Shown here: positions 39,979-52,924 of the stretch, piece after piece
Position numbering within the stretch: position 1 is the stretch's first letter
Layout of the letters: the number at the start of each line of letters is the position of its first letter
Source: Folioceros fuciformis
Taxonomy: Eukaryota
Length of the DNA: 60,145 bases
Reading direction: 5' to 3'
Assembly: GCA_049999805.1 (NCBI GenBank)
Contig: JBNGIO010006272.1
Location: forward strand, 82,493-142,637
Translations under genes and position numbers: made by a program
The notes under the pieces: generated by a model
Seen by the model: the letters and a program-made list of their open reading frames with translations, nothing else
What the model was told of the DNA's origin: nothing
Database searches by the model: none

Positions 39979-41170
39979 ATGTTGCTCCGCACGGGCCATG
40001 GAGCTCGGCCATGGCTACCTGCTTCAACCCTAGTCCGTCAGGCCCGTGCGCGGCAGCGGATTGGTGTCAACTGGGATGCTGTGGGACCCGGTAATCGGTC
40101 TCTGCATCATGCCTGTTGTGGATTGCCTCTCTTATCCGCCGGCCTGGTGAAGCCGGGCTCAGGCGTTGGTAGAGGAGGGCTTGCTGGACGGAAGCGGGAG
40201 GGTCGGGTCTGGAGGGTTCGATGTGCGCGGAGCAGTGTAAGCTGGTCCTTGGAATTCTTGTTCTTGAGGGATTTCTTGCTCGTTAGGGTCCCACGTGGCG
40301 TGGTCTTGGACGGGCTCTGTCGTGAGCAGTAATGTGGAGTATGGGGACTTGTTGGAATGTTGTGCTGAATGGCGTTCAGTCCAGGTGCGTGCCCTCCCGG
40401 AATTTGAGATTACATGTCAGAGCCGCAAGCGAGTTTGGATGGGAGTTAGTGATGGAGTTTTTGCAGATGACTCATGGATGTCTCAGAGCACGTTTTCTTT
40501 GTTTTTGTGGTTGATCCGGTTTATTCCTCTTGACCTCTCGCTTTGGTTCACCAGGGCGAGCAAGGGCATGAAGAAGAGGACAGTGACGACGAAGGCCCTG
40601 CTTATGAAAGCGTGGACTATGTATTCTTTTTGGCTCGTAAGAGCTTTTACCAAGTGTGTAGGCGGTTGACCAAGTCTGCTCGAGGATGGCTTCCACCTAT
40701 TATTTCGACACAATTGGTACGGTGGCTTGGACTCTGATTGGCTGGTTTTTCCTTCCCTTTTCCTTCCAGTAGTGAAGGGTTGGATCTCGCTTTCCATGGC
40801 AAGGCAATGCATGCCTTGCTGTTGATGCATTTCGACTTTTGCCCCTTTTTCCGTGGCAGATTTCGTTTACTGTTGGCGGAGTTGTGCTTCTCTCTGCTCT
40901 CTGGGTGTTCAAAGCACTTCTTGAGGTCCGCTTCTATGTTCAACGTGCAAATTTTACAGGCTGTGTGTTATTGTTTCGTATTGTGTTGCTCCTGACAACA
41001 TACGTCGCATGTAGGTTGGGTGTGTGGCTGGAACATTTGCCTTCGTGGCCATTGTGGCAATCCGCATGGTCTGGTCCTTCATTGCTTATTTTGGAGATTC
41101 TTCGGTCAATGGAACCCCGCCTGACGATAAAGGCAGATACCGACGGAGCTTTTCTCAACCAGACTTGTGA
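39979..41170 (+). CDS. SHW1: SHORT HYPOCOTYL IN WHITE LIGHT1-like protein, 4 exons
   Basis: Transit-peptide-like exon 1, then acidic EEEDSDDE-ESVDYVFFLARKSFYQVCRRLTKSARGWLP and two hydrophobic segments (ISFTVGGVVLLSALWVFKALLE; VGCVAGTFAFVAIVAIRMVW). Recognised from memory of At1g69935. Confidence 0.75.
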
Positions 41171-41598
41171 AGTTGTTTGCTTTGTATAGATTGTGGATCC
41201 GCTGCCGTTCAACGAATGGCTGTCACAAATTTTAGGTCACTTGTTAGTTCTTGCTACATCAGTAACATGGCGCTCTGAATCCTCGTGCTCATCACGAATT
41301 CTTCTTCTCCATAGGTAGATGAACGGTGGCACCTTCATGGTGTAATGCCGATATCTGAACTTGGTTGTGACTCGCATGCGGGGCGAATCTTTTCTATTAA
41401 CAGTCCAGTTGAAGCCTTGTGGCCTTCGAGCTGTGGAAGGAAGGTATTGTAGACGCAGCAGCAGTGGACTGGATTGTCAGATATTTGGGCCTGTTCTCCT
41501 TCAAGGATAGCTGACGTTGACGCAAGCATCCATTCTTGGGATGATACATGTCAGACCATACAGCTTAAAAGTGACTGGTAGTAGATGCTTTTGACAGC

Positions 41599-43185
41599 AT
41601 GCCTTCGGGGAAGGCCTCTAGCCCTGGAGTTGTGAGTCTGCCAGATCCATTTAGAGACTCTTATAAGGTGTTGCACCTGGAGAATCACTTGCCTCTCTTG
41701 AGATGTTATGCTCTTCGCCTTATCCCTCCAACAGGCTCTGCGGTTACGTACTATGCAGCCCTCACCATGTCCCAGGTAACCTCCTCTCTTTGCTGCCTCT
41801 GAAAGATATTTCTTTCCATCTAGTTCAATAGGCAAGGGGAGTGAACCTCTGACTCAGTTTCAATAGTTTCTAGTTATCCAGTTATTGAACTTTTGCTTGT
41901 GAAGGTTGCAGGAATGGCTCTGAGAGTGTCATGTGCGACACCTGTGCTCGGTCCAGTTCTGGGAACTCTTGCCGTTGCCTCTGCATCTGTGGCTGCTGCT
42001 CAGGTTCTCAATGCCTGGCTTTTACTAATGTCGAGTATTTTTGTTCTAATGTTGAATAATGTACAGTTCTCTATATCTATGTAGAGCATTTCATTCTATG
42101 GACAATCGGAGGCTCTACAGGTTCTTATGGAATTGTAACAGACACTGCAATAGGCTCGCTAATATTGCAGCACTGTAAATCGTCTGACAGATGTGGTGGT
42201 TTGCAGGTTGCTTTCACCCTTAGAAAGCTGTGCAAAATCTCTACCTGTAAGCAAGCACAACATTTTCTTCCTGGGAAGCACGTTTTGTTCTACGCCGTCT
42301 TCGGAGTTGCGGCATTCAAGGTCGGATGGTAGTCCTTCTTCAGGATTCTGTTTTTCGTTCTTGTTCTGTAATCCATGAGTCAGTGTCGTGATTTCCGCCT
42401 GAACAGGTGCTTGGGGGGAGTTGTCGAAATCTGATGCCAAGTGATGTGGTTCACCCAGGGGCACTCGCCCGTTCTTCTGTTCCAGGTACATATCAGATCT
42501 GGTCCTTCAGGAGGTCTAGATTGGTAGGCATGGCGATCACTGACTGTTTCAAGTGTTTGATGCAGCTAAAGGATCGAAGTACGTTGGCACAGGTAGCGCC
42601 GAGTCCCAAGTAATCAGAGAAGTTTACAAGCGGGATGGCTGTCACCACTGTGGAAAGCGAGCAGGAGACGCGTAAGCATCAGGCATTCGTCGTGGTTGAT
42701 AGTTGCGGAGGCCCCGTTGAATTTCTAGCAGTCGATAGACTGTGCTAAGTGTGTTTGTTGGCAGAATTGCGGATCACATGCCCCCCAATGTCCTGGTTCA
42801 TGGAAGGGGGTGGTCCAAAACGCTTGTCAATGGTGAAGGTGGAGCAGCCGTCCCACGGAGTGGCAAATTCTCCATACGCGCTGAGAATCCGGTGCCCAAT
42901 CCTTTACCTGGTACACATGAACTAAAGCAGCGGTACTTTCCACAGTGCGTGGAATGCATGAAGCTACAAAGCATCTCGCTGCGTCACGGGAAGCTGTCTT
43001 TGGTGTTCCACTTTCGAAGAGCATTTCCTGAAGTAAGCTCATTTCCGGATCGCTGTTCTGCTGTGTGGCCCACAATCGTCAGTGACAATCAACAGGTACA
43101 CGTGTTTGGCGCATTTTGCAGCCACCTTTCCTCGCAGGATTCTGTTTGGGGGCCATGCAGCTGGACGACAGGGAAGATGAAGTGA
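41599..43185 (+). CDS. Uncharacterised membrane-anchored protein with an HNH-like (CxxC-DH-CxxC) C-terminal domain, ~7 exons
   Basis: Exons 41599-41775, 41905-42003, 42207-42320, 42407-42485, 42566-42671, 42765-43033 and 43096-43185 join in frame through GT-AG introns, giving hydrophobic segments then GCHHCG..IADHMPPN..QRYFPQCVECMKLQ. Confidence 0.8.
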
Positions 43186-43578
43186 AGGATGATAACGCTG
43201 GAGGTTGGAAACGTAACGAATAATCGGCCTCTTGAAGCTTGCAAGCGAGTATAGCTGTTTCTTGCTTCCGTAAAATCTCATTAAAGTCGATGTCGCCCGC
43301 CATGCACGGACGTGAGCGACGCATGACTCCTGACTCAGGTGGACAGCTTGTTGGACTTAAAGCCATAGGGCACGTCGCTATCCTTCTCTTCCGTGCATCA
43401 ATAGCTTTCTGCCGAGACGTGGTTTGCGTCAGCGTCAGGGAAAGACGCTGTGTCAGATTCTCATAGTCAGTCTACGCTTTCATCTACACAAAATGCAAAT
43501 TTTCAAATCGTGCTGCCCTCTGTAAGCTCATCGGTCTCCATTGAGACTGTGTGTCGAAACGCCAGGAACGGATGGGCG

Positions 43579-44900
43579 TCACTGATGCCAGAGCGGTAAT
43601 TTAGAGGCTGGGTCCGCTTCGGCAGTCAAGATCCGGGGATTCTACAGCACACCACTGCAGACTGTGAGAATCAGCCTTTCCGTGCTTTGCAGTACAGGAG
43701 AGAAGTGCGAAGCAATCGAAAATACCGGCTTCTCAGACCCCTCTTCCAGATCAAACACATGGACAGTGAGTCTAGCGATTTCCTGAAAGGCAGACTTCTT
43801 CACGGTCTCATCATCACTCTCCAGCTCCTCAAACGCAGCATCAAAGCACTCCTGCCAAAACCTGCTGATCCTGATGTGTGGATCCTTGAGGTACTTGTCC
43901 CAAACCCACCGCACGACCTCAGCTCTTGCCGCCAGCTCCTACAAAAGCAAAAGCACGAAAACTCTAGAACCGCATCGTGCAGAGGCAACTCATGCCACAT
44001 CAAGCAAGTAAGGTGAGACAACACACACCCAGCCAGCGAGTCCGGCTGCCTCCCGCTTCCCGGCTCCAGAAATTCTTGCCTCCCGCCGGTCATCCACCTC
44101 ATTCATCAGCAACGAGGACTAACAAACCAAACACCCGCATCAGCACAATCCCATGCATCACTACCTGTCCAAAAGCTTCTTGAAAACAATGCTCCCGGAG
44201 AACTCACTAGGGCATCCATCCTGTGATCGACCGGCCTGTCGCTGAAGCGATACATCCCCACGGACCATCTGACCGCAATCCCTGCACTTCCAGAGAGAAC
44301 CGACCACGCGGCCAGGCACAGGATGACAGTCAGGCCCCCTGCCTTGTACCTGTTTTTCCCAACCCATTCTCTCGCGGGAGGAGCCACGCTCTCCTTCCCA
44401 TCCTCCTCCATCACGATCCCAAGAGCAATCAATCAACTAATCTACAGCCTCGTACGCCGCAGCAGCCTTGCAGCATGGAATGCACATCCGCAGCTCCCTG
44501 ACCAATCCCAGCTCCCCTGCATCGCGCAGGCCTAGCAGCTGCGTTCCATACTCCTCCTCGCTCGCGCTGCCTGCAAGAACGGGCTACCAGAACCTTCCTG
44601 GAAGAAGCCTCTCCTCCATCTCCAGAAAACCGCAAAGAAAGGGCCTTCTACCCCCGCTCCAAGAAGAGGCCTGATGCGGCCCTTCCGCCGTCAGGACAAA
44701 ATGCTGCTGTGCGCGGTGTCCCCGCCACCAAGCCCTCCCGAGTTCCGGGAGCCGCCGCTGGCCGCATTCTGGGGTCGCCGTGCTGCCTCTCGTCGACCTC
44801 CCGGCCCAGCAGCCTACGACATGATGGCGCCACGCCAGGAGGGCGAGAGCGGGATCCTCCATTACCTGCCGCCACCCAACTATCATTTCCCTCGCATGGC
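43579..44900 (-). CDS. Uncharacterised plant protein, multi-exon; 5' exons uncertain
   Basis: A clear exon at ~43725-43938 reads ELAARAEVVRWVWDKYLKDPHIRISRFWQECFDAAFEELESDD..AFQEIARL and is bounded by AG/GT. Upstream exons were not resolved. Confidence 0.55.
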
Positions 44901-45112
44901 TCCACGGAACGGATACCAAACGGGACGGCGGTCACGCTTTCCCTGCTCCCCGCACGGCCTCGCCATCTGGAATCCTGTGGCAAGCTTTCGTGGTGGGCGT
45001 TTCTAAAGAAGCTGGAGGGCGATTCTACGCAATCTGGTGGGCGATTCCATCGGAAGGCCACTCACATTGGAATTCAATCGGACGGAATTTCTGGCTTTGG
45101 ATGTTCTGCTGA

Positions 45113-45148
45113 ACGAGACGAGACGAGACGAGACCAGACCAGACCAGA
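45113..45148. repeat. (GAGAC)n(CAGAC)n pentanucleotide microsatellite upstream of the AAED1 start
   Basis: Seen directly. Confidence 0.85.
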
Positions 45149-45176
45149 ATCCTGGTTGTGGCTGGAGGTGTTGAGC

Positions 45177-46710
45177 ATGGAACGTGGGACACTGGTTTGC
45201 CAGAACGTTGCCCCCTGGTCTCCTCATGTTGCGTACGCCCGCTCGTCCGGGACGGTTGTGAAGCTTTGCCACCGACCGTCGTTCCACGATGGAGGTGGAG
45301 CAAAACTGGAGAAACAGAGCATGGTGAAACTGCGTGCCGGCCCGGTACAGAGGGGAACTGTGGCAAGCACGACTCCTGGGGCTCCAGCCTTGACAGGTCC
45401 TGAGCTGGAGTGGAGTGGTGCCCGCTTTTGGGAACTGGTGTGACTTGTCAGCTCTAGGACCAATGTGTGGGCGTGTAGGGGTGCAGAGACAGGAGTGCCA
45501 GAGCAGCTGAAGAAATCCCTGCAGGGTCTCACAGTTCTGGACCCCTCTGGAAGTTCTGTTCCTTTGGAAAGCCTCTGGAAAGACCGGACTGCTGTGGTGG
45601 GATTTGCACGGCACTTTGGGTAAAGATCAGGCCGCGGTTCCTGGATGCAGGAACGGGCTCCCGTACCGGATTTCTCACCAGCTACCTTCACTTGTGTTGG
45701 CAGGTGTGTGCTGTGCAGGAAACGAGCTGATATACTGGCTTCCAGAAAGGTAGGCATGATCAGGAGCTGTGGAGACTTTCTTCCTTCCTGCTGTTTGGGT
45801 TTCACATCCTCTGCTTTTCGGCCATGTGTGATATCAGGCAGAACTGGATGCTGCTGGAGTAGCACTCATTCTGATCGGACCTGGGAAGCCGGAACAGGTA
45901 TAGGATGTTCGTTTCTGGTCACGTAGTTTCTGCCACTGCTAAGAAGCAATGGAGGTGGTGGTGGGTACTGATTCGGCCCGCTTTCCCGGGTGTGCTGCGA
46001 TGGCTCAGGCGAAGGCCTTCCTTCAGCAGACTAACTTCCCAGGAGGTTAGTAGCCCCTTCACCTCTTCTCCAGGAACCCTCTACCAAACAGCACAAGTAA
46101 CCTTTCTGCCCCCCTCTGACCTGTCCTGTCAGAGGTGTACGCTGATCCGTCTCGCTCGACCTACGATGCCTTCCAGTTCGTGTATGGCGTCTTCAGCACT
46201 TTCACCCCTAAGGTTACTGTCCAGGACCTTGGCATCATGGCATGGTTGTGGGATTCTCTTTTCACGCATGCTGTTATCCAGTAATCTTTCTACCAATGGT
46301 GTTCAGGCCGGTTTGTCCATCATCAATGCCTACCGCGAAGGGTATCGACAGGACTGGGAGCTCTCCTTCGACACAGAGACCAGGAGAACGGGCGGCTGGT
46401 TGGTTTAGGGTGTCTTTCCTTCTGCATACTGTAAGAAATGTGTTTCCAAACACTCCTTAACGACTCCCTTGCACTTGCCTTGCCTTCAGCCAAAATGGTG
46501 GGGTCGTGGTGATCGGACCTGGTACAGATAGCCTTGTTTTCTTGCACAAGGTCAGCTCCTCCTCTGCTGCTTCCCGGATAGTTTCCTTCGCTCTCCACCC
46601 CGTCCTTCTGTTTGAGTCCCCTTCTAATGTTTGGAAAACCATCTCAGGACAAGACTGCTGGTGATGAGCCAGATATGAACGAGATCCTGAAGGCGTGCTG
46701 CTCCAAATGA
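45177..46710 (+). CDS. AAED1: Thioredoxin-like AhpC/TSA-family protein AAED1, probably chloroplastic, multi-exon
   Basis: Spliced product: LWKDRTAVVGFARHFG|CVLCRKRA, LILIGPG, VYADP, GYRQDWELSF, GW|QNGGVVVIGPG, DKTAGDEPDM...ACCSK*. Confidence 0.9.
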
Positions 46711-46899
46711 GCTGCCAAACAAATTAAACCAATATTAATGGGACACACGAATAGATTAATGGTGCTAGCTAGCAGCACATGAGAGGCGCTAAACGTAAGC
46801 AACGCGAGGTGACTCAAACCTAATTCAATATACTTAAATGTACTTTGATAAAGGATTTTCGGTTCAACAGCAACAAGCGGATCGAGCGGTTTTTTGGCA

Positions 46900-47960
46900 C
46901 GGGGTCTTTTTTTGGTATTTCACATTATGATATTTTAATAATAATAAATAATTTCTGAGAATGATATTTGAAGAGAGTAATAAGTAGTTTTTCAGAATGA
47001 TATTCGAAGGGACTAGTATCTTAGTTTTTGAGAATGATATTCCAAGGGCCTAGTATCTTTGTTGTTCATCTAATGTTTGGAGTGGATGGATTTTTTTTTA
47101 ATAATAATAAAAATATCCTTTAATAAAGGTAAATTGATTTGCAACGCATATAATAGACTCAAACAAATTAAATCCATATTATGGAATATGAAATAAGTTT
47201 GTATAGATTGAACTTATATGGAAAAATATGGAATGAATTCGTACATATATGTATATTTTTCTGCCATCCACCTTCTTTTGTAAAACTCTATATAGATTCT
47301 TTGTGAACTCTAAAAGCTTCAGTAAACTTATGTTCTTGAAGAGCATATAAGTTCCTTCAAATCGATTTTCTTTGTTGGCAATGAATGATTCTCATGTAAA
47401 TTCTTCTATTTCTTTATACAACTCTATTTTCCAACTCCATATGAAACACTTGCTTTATGGTATTCATCTCAAAAACTCTTGAGCTTTAGATTGAGCTTTA
47501 GACGCAATAGAAGTGTGTAGTGCTCAATGGCTATCTGTAGCACTCCATGACTTTGCTGCTCGCTAACATGACTACTTCCAAATATGACTTCCAACTTCGC
47601 ACCACATATCTTGACAATTTTGCTCAACATTAGATGACACTAGTATTTCATAGAATTGTTGCTATTGCATCCACTTACATATCCTCACAATTTTGCTCAA
47701 CATTAGATTGCTTTACAACTTTTACAATATATATATCTTTACAATTTTTCTCCTCAACATTAGACTGCAACAAATCCCCCTACCCTTATCATAGAATTGT
47801 TGCTATCATTCCATTTTTTGTACATTCCCTGAGTTTTGTTCTAACATCAAAAATAAAAAAAAATAGACCGTTTATATGAAAATAAGTTTTTTAATCTAAA
47901 AACCTGTATTATAATTTATTAACTTTATTTTCACATCTTTACGACGAATTCGATTAGACA
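46900..47960. mobile_element. AT-rich intergenic insertion, possible TE remnant
   Basis: Very AT-rich, with short internal repeats (GAGAATGATATT x3; CAATTTTGCTCAACATTAGA x3). No termini were defined. Confidence 0.3.
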
Positions 47961-47969
47961 AAGTCTGGA

Positions 47970-48150
47970 TGTGGAAAGCCTGATGTCCACAAATTTCGAG
48001 TTGGAAGGCCGTTGCTAACATGCTCGGGCTTGGAAGGCCGAATGTTTGACGAGTTGAGACCTTGGAAGGCCAAACATTAACAAAGTCCAAACTTGGAAGG
48101 CCAAATGTTAACAATAACGTGTTTTATACTTGGAAAGTCGAATGCAACTC
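47970..48150. repeat. ~30-bp-period array of a TTGGAAGGCC core with variable spacers
   Basis: Cores at 48001, 48030, 48062 and 48093; degenerate cores at 47971 and 48130. Confidence 0.85.
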
Positions 48151-51100
48151 GACCCTGCTGGCTGATCGTGGCCGCATGACCTGGACACGACCAACTGAAA
48201 CCGATCTAAGCTGTTGCGAGTCCGGAATCGGGGTTAGCAGATGACCATCTTCACTGAGGTAGTAGAAGTTGAAATTGATCCGAGTTACCAGGTCCGCCAA
48301 ATGAGGGAAGTGCCCGATATTTAACTTAAACGAAAGGACCTGCCATAGAGCGAAAAAGGTATTAGGAGTGGGGAACAGCAAGTTATATGGCTTTTGTGTC
48401 GACTACTACACAACAATAAGCCTGGTACCCTGAGCAAGAAAACCATGCACTCGTCGAATTGCTTTCCAATCCGCTCGATATCGGAGTTGCATCTTCCAGG
48501 CACTGCAGGAGCTGTGGCATCGTCGGACAACGAACGCTGAATATGGTAGAAGTCAAGAGCAAGCCCCAAGATGGTCTTCACTCTACTGGCTATCAGAGTC
48601 CACTGCCAAGCCCACAACAACATTCGAGGCGGCTGTTAGACATGTGGGGCACAGTGACAGACCGACCCAGTCAACCATGCCCATCCCAAACCGTATGTAC
48701 CAGCTTATCTGGAGCGATGAGACACTGCCGTTGTAATGAGGCAAGGTAGGCCTCATGACACGCTATAACTTCATCCAGGGACCCTGCAAGAGACATCCCT
48801 TCACAGAGCTCCACCCACGCACTGTGTAGAACCTAATATCCAAACGCCAGTGGTCAAGCTACAGACAATCTGCACACTTTTCCCGCTTGAGAAACCAACA
48901 GCAGGGACGCGTCGGAGAAACCATACTCTGTCCATCACATATTGATGGAGAGTGTTAACAAAATGCATTAACTTGTGTTGCAACAGGAGCCATCTTTTGT
49001 TAGTAGCCGCATATCCACCCCCATCCTGCACAAGGGATCCCGCAGAATCTCAGGCCTTTCCGTGCATTCCAAACACAAACTTCCTTCCAAAGGCCGAGAA
49101 TGCTGAAGAGAGGAATGTTGTTCCGATCAAGACACAGGTAACTCTAGTTGGTGCGCTCCGACAGCAAGCGTGGAGCTTCCAACGGACCTTCCACGTGAAT
49201 CGGCAAGCTTTGTCCAGAACATGCTTGGCGCGCTTGACTTTTAACAAGAATGACATCACCTGCACATTTGCATCAACAGCTCAGAAGCTTGCAAAGCCTC
49301 ATATCCTAGCATGCATCTCAAGTGCTCAGAGCACTCAAGACTGTAAAGCATGTTGAAAATTGCGTACCTGATTGTATCTCTTTATGGAATTCGTATCTAT
49401 AATGAGCTCAAGCGGCCAAGCGACCTGCAAAAGGTGTTAATTGGTGATAAATCTTGACACGCAAATTACTCTATGAAACAAATGAGAACAAGAGACTACT
49501 AAGCAGCAAAAACATGCCTTGTAGACAAAACACATGCGGTCTAAAGTGTCAATCCCGTGCACCACAGTTCGGCCTAACAGTTGTGAGGTAGCCATGGCTT
49601 GCTCATGTGGCACAGTTGACAGGGGATCGACATCTACAAACAGAGAATCCAATGCTGGCAGTGCCGCTTCAGTAGCTGAGCTGCGCATTGATTCCTGAAG
49701 AAAAACAATCAGAAAATCTACGGACAAGGACAAATCCACAAGCTCCAAAATGCCAACGTCAGGAGACAAGACCTGCAGCATAGTGTTTAGCTCATAGTAG
49801 TCATCCCAGGAGTCCCCTCGATCTAGCTTATTAAAGAGGACAGTGGAAAACTGCTGTAACAGGTCGCCTGACAGACACAGCATATACGTCAGGACTGCTG
49901 GCGGCTATCATGGCTTCATGATACCTGCAACCGTGACACTGATAAACTGAAGCATAAGCTGTCAAACCCACCGCAGCCTACTAAGTAGATTGTTCGTAGA
50001 AGAGCTAGTTCTTCCATAAGATGCCATTCTCCCATGAGCCGCTGCAGGAGTTGCTTTCCAACGACTTCCACCTGACGAGATGCAGTGACGCAACAGATCA
50101 GATTGACTGACCTGTTTACCTCACATAAAAGTTAGACACAGGCAGCCACGAATCAGACCTTTCTGCTAGTCTCTTACAAGTAAACTTCAGTGTAAATTAC
50201 CTGTCTATCTGTTGCTGCCAGCAAACACTCTTGCATCAAGATTGCAGGAGATGGCGAGGAGATCAAATTTGCATCTTGAAACCAGTTGAGTACTTTGGGT
50301 ATGAGTAGGTCTTGCACCTTAGTAGAAGTTACTTCAGAGAGAAGAAAACTATCCTGCAGTGTCAATCAACCGTGTCAACTTGCAATAAACCACAAGGAGT
50401 GCAATACAACGGTCTCAAGGCTATGACAGCTAGCAGGCACCAGGTGCATTTGCATTTGCGATGCTCTGGGTGTCCTGTACTCCAGCTCATCACAGTTCGT
50501 TATACTGCCTTGTCCAGGAGCAGATGCATACTATGAGAATCGTCTACCGTCATACCCGATAATAGGGCAGAAGCGTGGGATATGGCAACAGCTGAGTCAA
50601 CCACCCTGTGTCTTCTTCAGCAGCAAATGGGGCTCCAGAAGTATTCTGCCATATTTTGATACCATCCAGGGCAGGCAGTCTATTCTGTCTTGCAATGTTC
50701 AATCTACCATCCCAAAATTCTCCTTCACCAGGTTCCACCTTTGCAAAGGGCAGCTGCTTGCCTCCAGGCAACCACTGGATCTCACATGTAGAAACAGACT
50801 GCACAAACTCGAGGGCTTTCTCTCCTACCAACCTATGTAAGGAGAGAAGAAATTCTTCAAACAATGACGCTTGTTGAAGAAGTCCATCCACTCTCCAATC
50901 CTGGAACAAATCATTTTTCCTGGAGTGAGCTATGATTTTTCAGATACAGCTTCTGGAAGGTGCCAGTTCCTATTAGAAATGCTCCTCTTTGGTGGGCCTG
51001 AGAGTGGTAGAAACCTTAGGGGATGACGCTATGGATGTCTCATCATCATTCAGATGCACCGCTTCATCATGGCGTTGAGTGACATGGCGAGATGCAAACT

Positions 51101-52762
51101 GGAGGAGCTGTAAGGACTTGCCAGCCGATAGTATGGCCTTTGCATAAGGTTGAAGAAAGACTGGGCACACAATATCTTGGGAACCAACATTTGTTTGGAG
51201 TGACTTGTGAAGGAAGTCATCCATCTTGTCGGATAGTTTCTGAGCAAATCTCGCCTTTGGCGTGACAGTTTCCAGGTAAAAAGAAGTGAACGTCCCAAAA
51301 ATGTGTGCAGATGTTTGTCCTGGCTCCTTTGCTGTCACCTGTGTCGTTTCCTCGAAATCGACTTCGGCAGAATGGGTCCGTAATGTGTACCCATGCAACC
51401 AAAAGGCATCGTTTTCCACTGTAACTCGGCCATCCGTGTAGAAGAAGAGCTGATGAACAAAGGGTATAATTAGCGACGCGTACGTAAATCCTTATTCACA
51501 GAAATCACCTAAAAGGAGCAAGTCTGTAAGCTTTGTGTTGTGACAAAAATGTGGAACACTGAGCTTCAGGAACAAGCAAAGTCCAGGACAAACGTGGCAA
51601 AGCACAAGCCACATTCTTCAAGTGTCGATGGCTCTTACCTCGCCAGCTGCGTCATTGAGAAGGCCTTCATGAAGCCAGGTGTGCAATGAACTTGCCAAGG
51701 GTTGCAAGCTTCCAACAAAAAGTAACAGCAAAGTCCTGTAAGCTTGCTCCTGAATTGACGTCCACCAGCACGCTGAGAACTGCACTCAAGTCAAAACGAA
51801 AGGCAGTGGTCGAGGGCAGACGCAACATACCCCTCCATCCTGAATGAGGCAAAACTTATTGAGCTCAATGTAGAGAGCCGACAAGATATGTGAGGCCAAT
51901 TCCGCAGCAGTAAATAGTTTCCCTGAAGATCCAGTATAATCTGGAATGGCCGACATGACAGCATGTTCGAGAAACGCCGCACCTGAAGTAACCCTGCCAC
52001 GTCAAAGTCAGTGCATGCAGCGAGATTGAGAGAGACAGCGAGCACGACAATGGCATAGAGAAATTCCCGATCAGATGTGCAAAAAGAATGTTCTCACCAG
52101 AACAAGTCCGATGCCACGCTCAAAAGAGTAACCGAATGTCCTGCTGCTGGTGAATTTGCGGCTTCCAGCTCCTTCTCAGAAGCAGCCTTTCGAAGAAACT
52201 GCAAAAGAGAAATTGAGACTTGATCAAGTTGATCGAAGTGAAAACGCACAGGTAGGCAGAAAATCTGGGCGCCCGAGTGACCAACCTGGAGCCGCATGGA
52301 AACAACATGTGCAAACGCTTGCAAGGTCGGGAAAGGCTGAGCCGGAGATTGCTGACAGCCAGCAGTTGCAACTTTTGCGACAAACAAATCCAATCTTCGC
52401 AGGCTGGAGGCGGCCGCAAGGAATGGCGTGAACAGCTTATACAAGCTGGATTGTGACACATGCGGAAGACGCACTCCCGTTTGGACATAGAATGCTTGAG
52501 CAGCGTCATCCCAAGGGAGGTGGTGGCTTTGAAATCCTTGAAGCATGCGTAGCAAGTCCGTTACCTACGACAGACGAAGATTTCAGTTCAGCCGAGTACA
52601 GCAGCGAGCCAACTCGCCGTTGGGAGGGGCTGAGAAACGGGTGCCAACCAGAGCGCCTTCCGTGATTGTGCCAGCGTGCTTGGAGGTGGCGAAGGGAAGT
52701 GACTCGGCCCGGAGATGGTCGACACGCTGCATCAAGCAGAGGCCACCGTGGTGTGCGGCCAT
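48124..52762 (-). CDS. GCP5: Gamma-tubulin complex component 5, multi-exon
   Basis: Spliced product: TEGAL|VTDLLRMLQG..WD, ILSAGKSLQLL, LPYPTLLP, GDLLQQF, YK|VAWPLELII, FLLKVKRAK, KLMHFVNTLHQYVMDRV, HFPHLADLVTRINFNFYY. Confidence 0.9.
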
Positions 52763-52924
52763 CGCCGGAGGTCGGGAGGCTCGGAAGCATTCGCAGCAGG
52801 TTTGAGCGGGAAAAAAAAACGGAAAATGGTGGCCGACTGTTCTGGTTGATGTTGTTTTCAGACATCGTTTCAGACGTCAAAACGGCTGCTCAGAGAGAGC
52901 ACAGCAGCAGCCAGAGACGGAATC

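Noticed and set aside
47970-48150. CRISPR-like repeat-spacer array
   Set aside because: The core is only 10 bp, the spacers resemble each other, and there are no cas genes.
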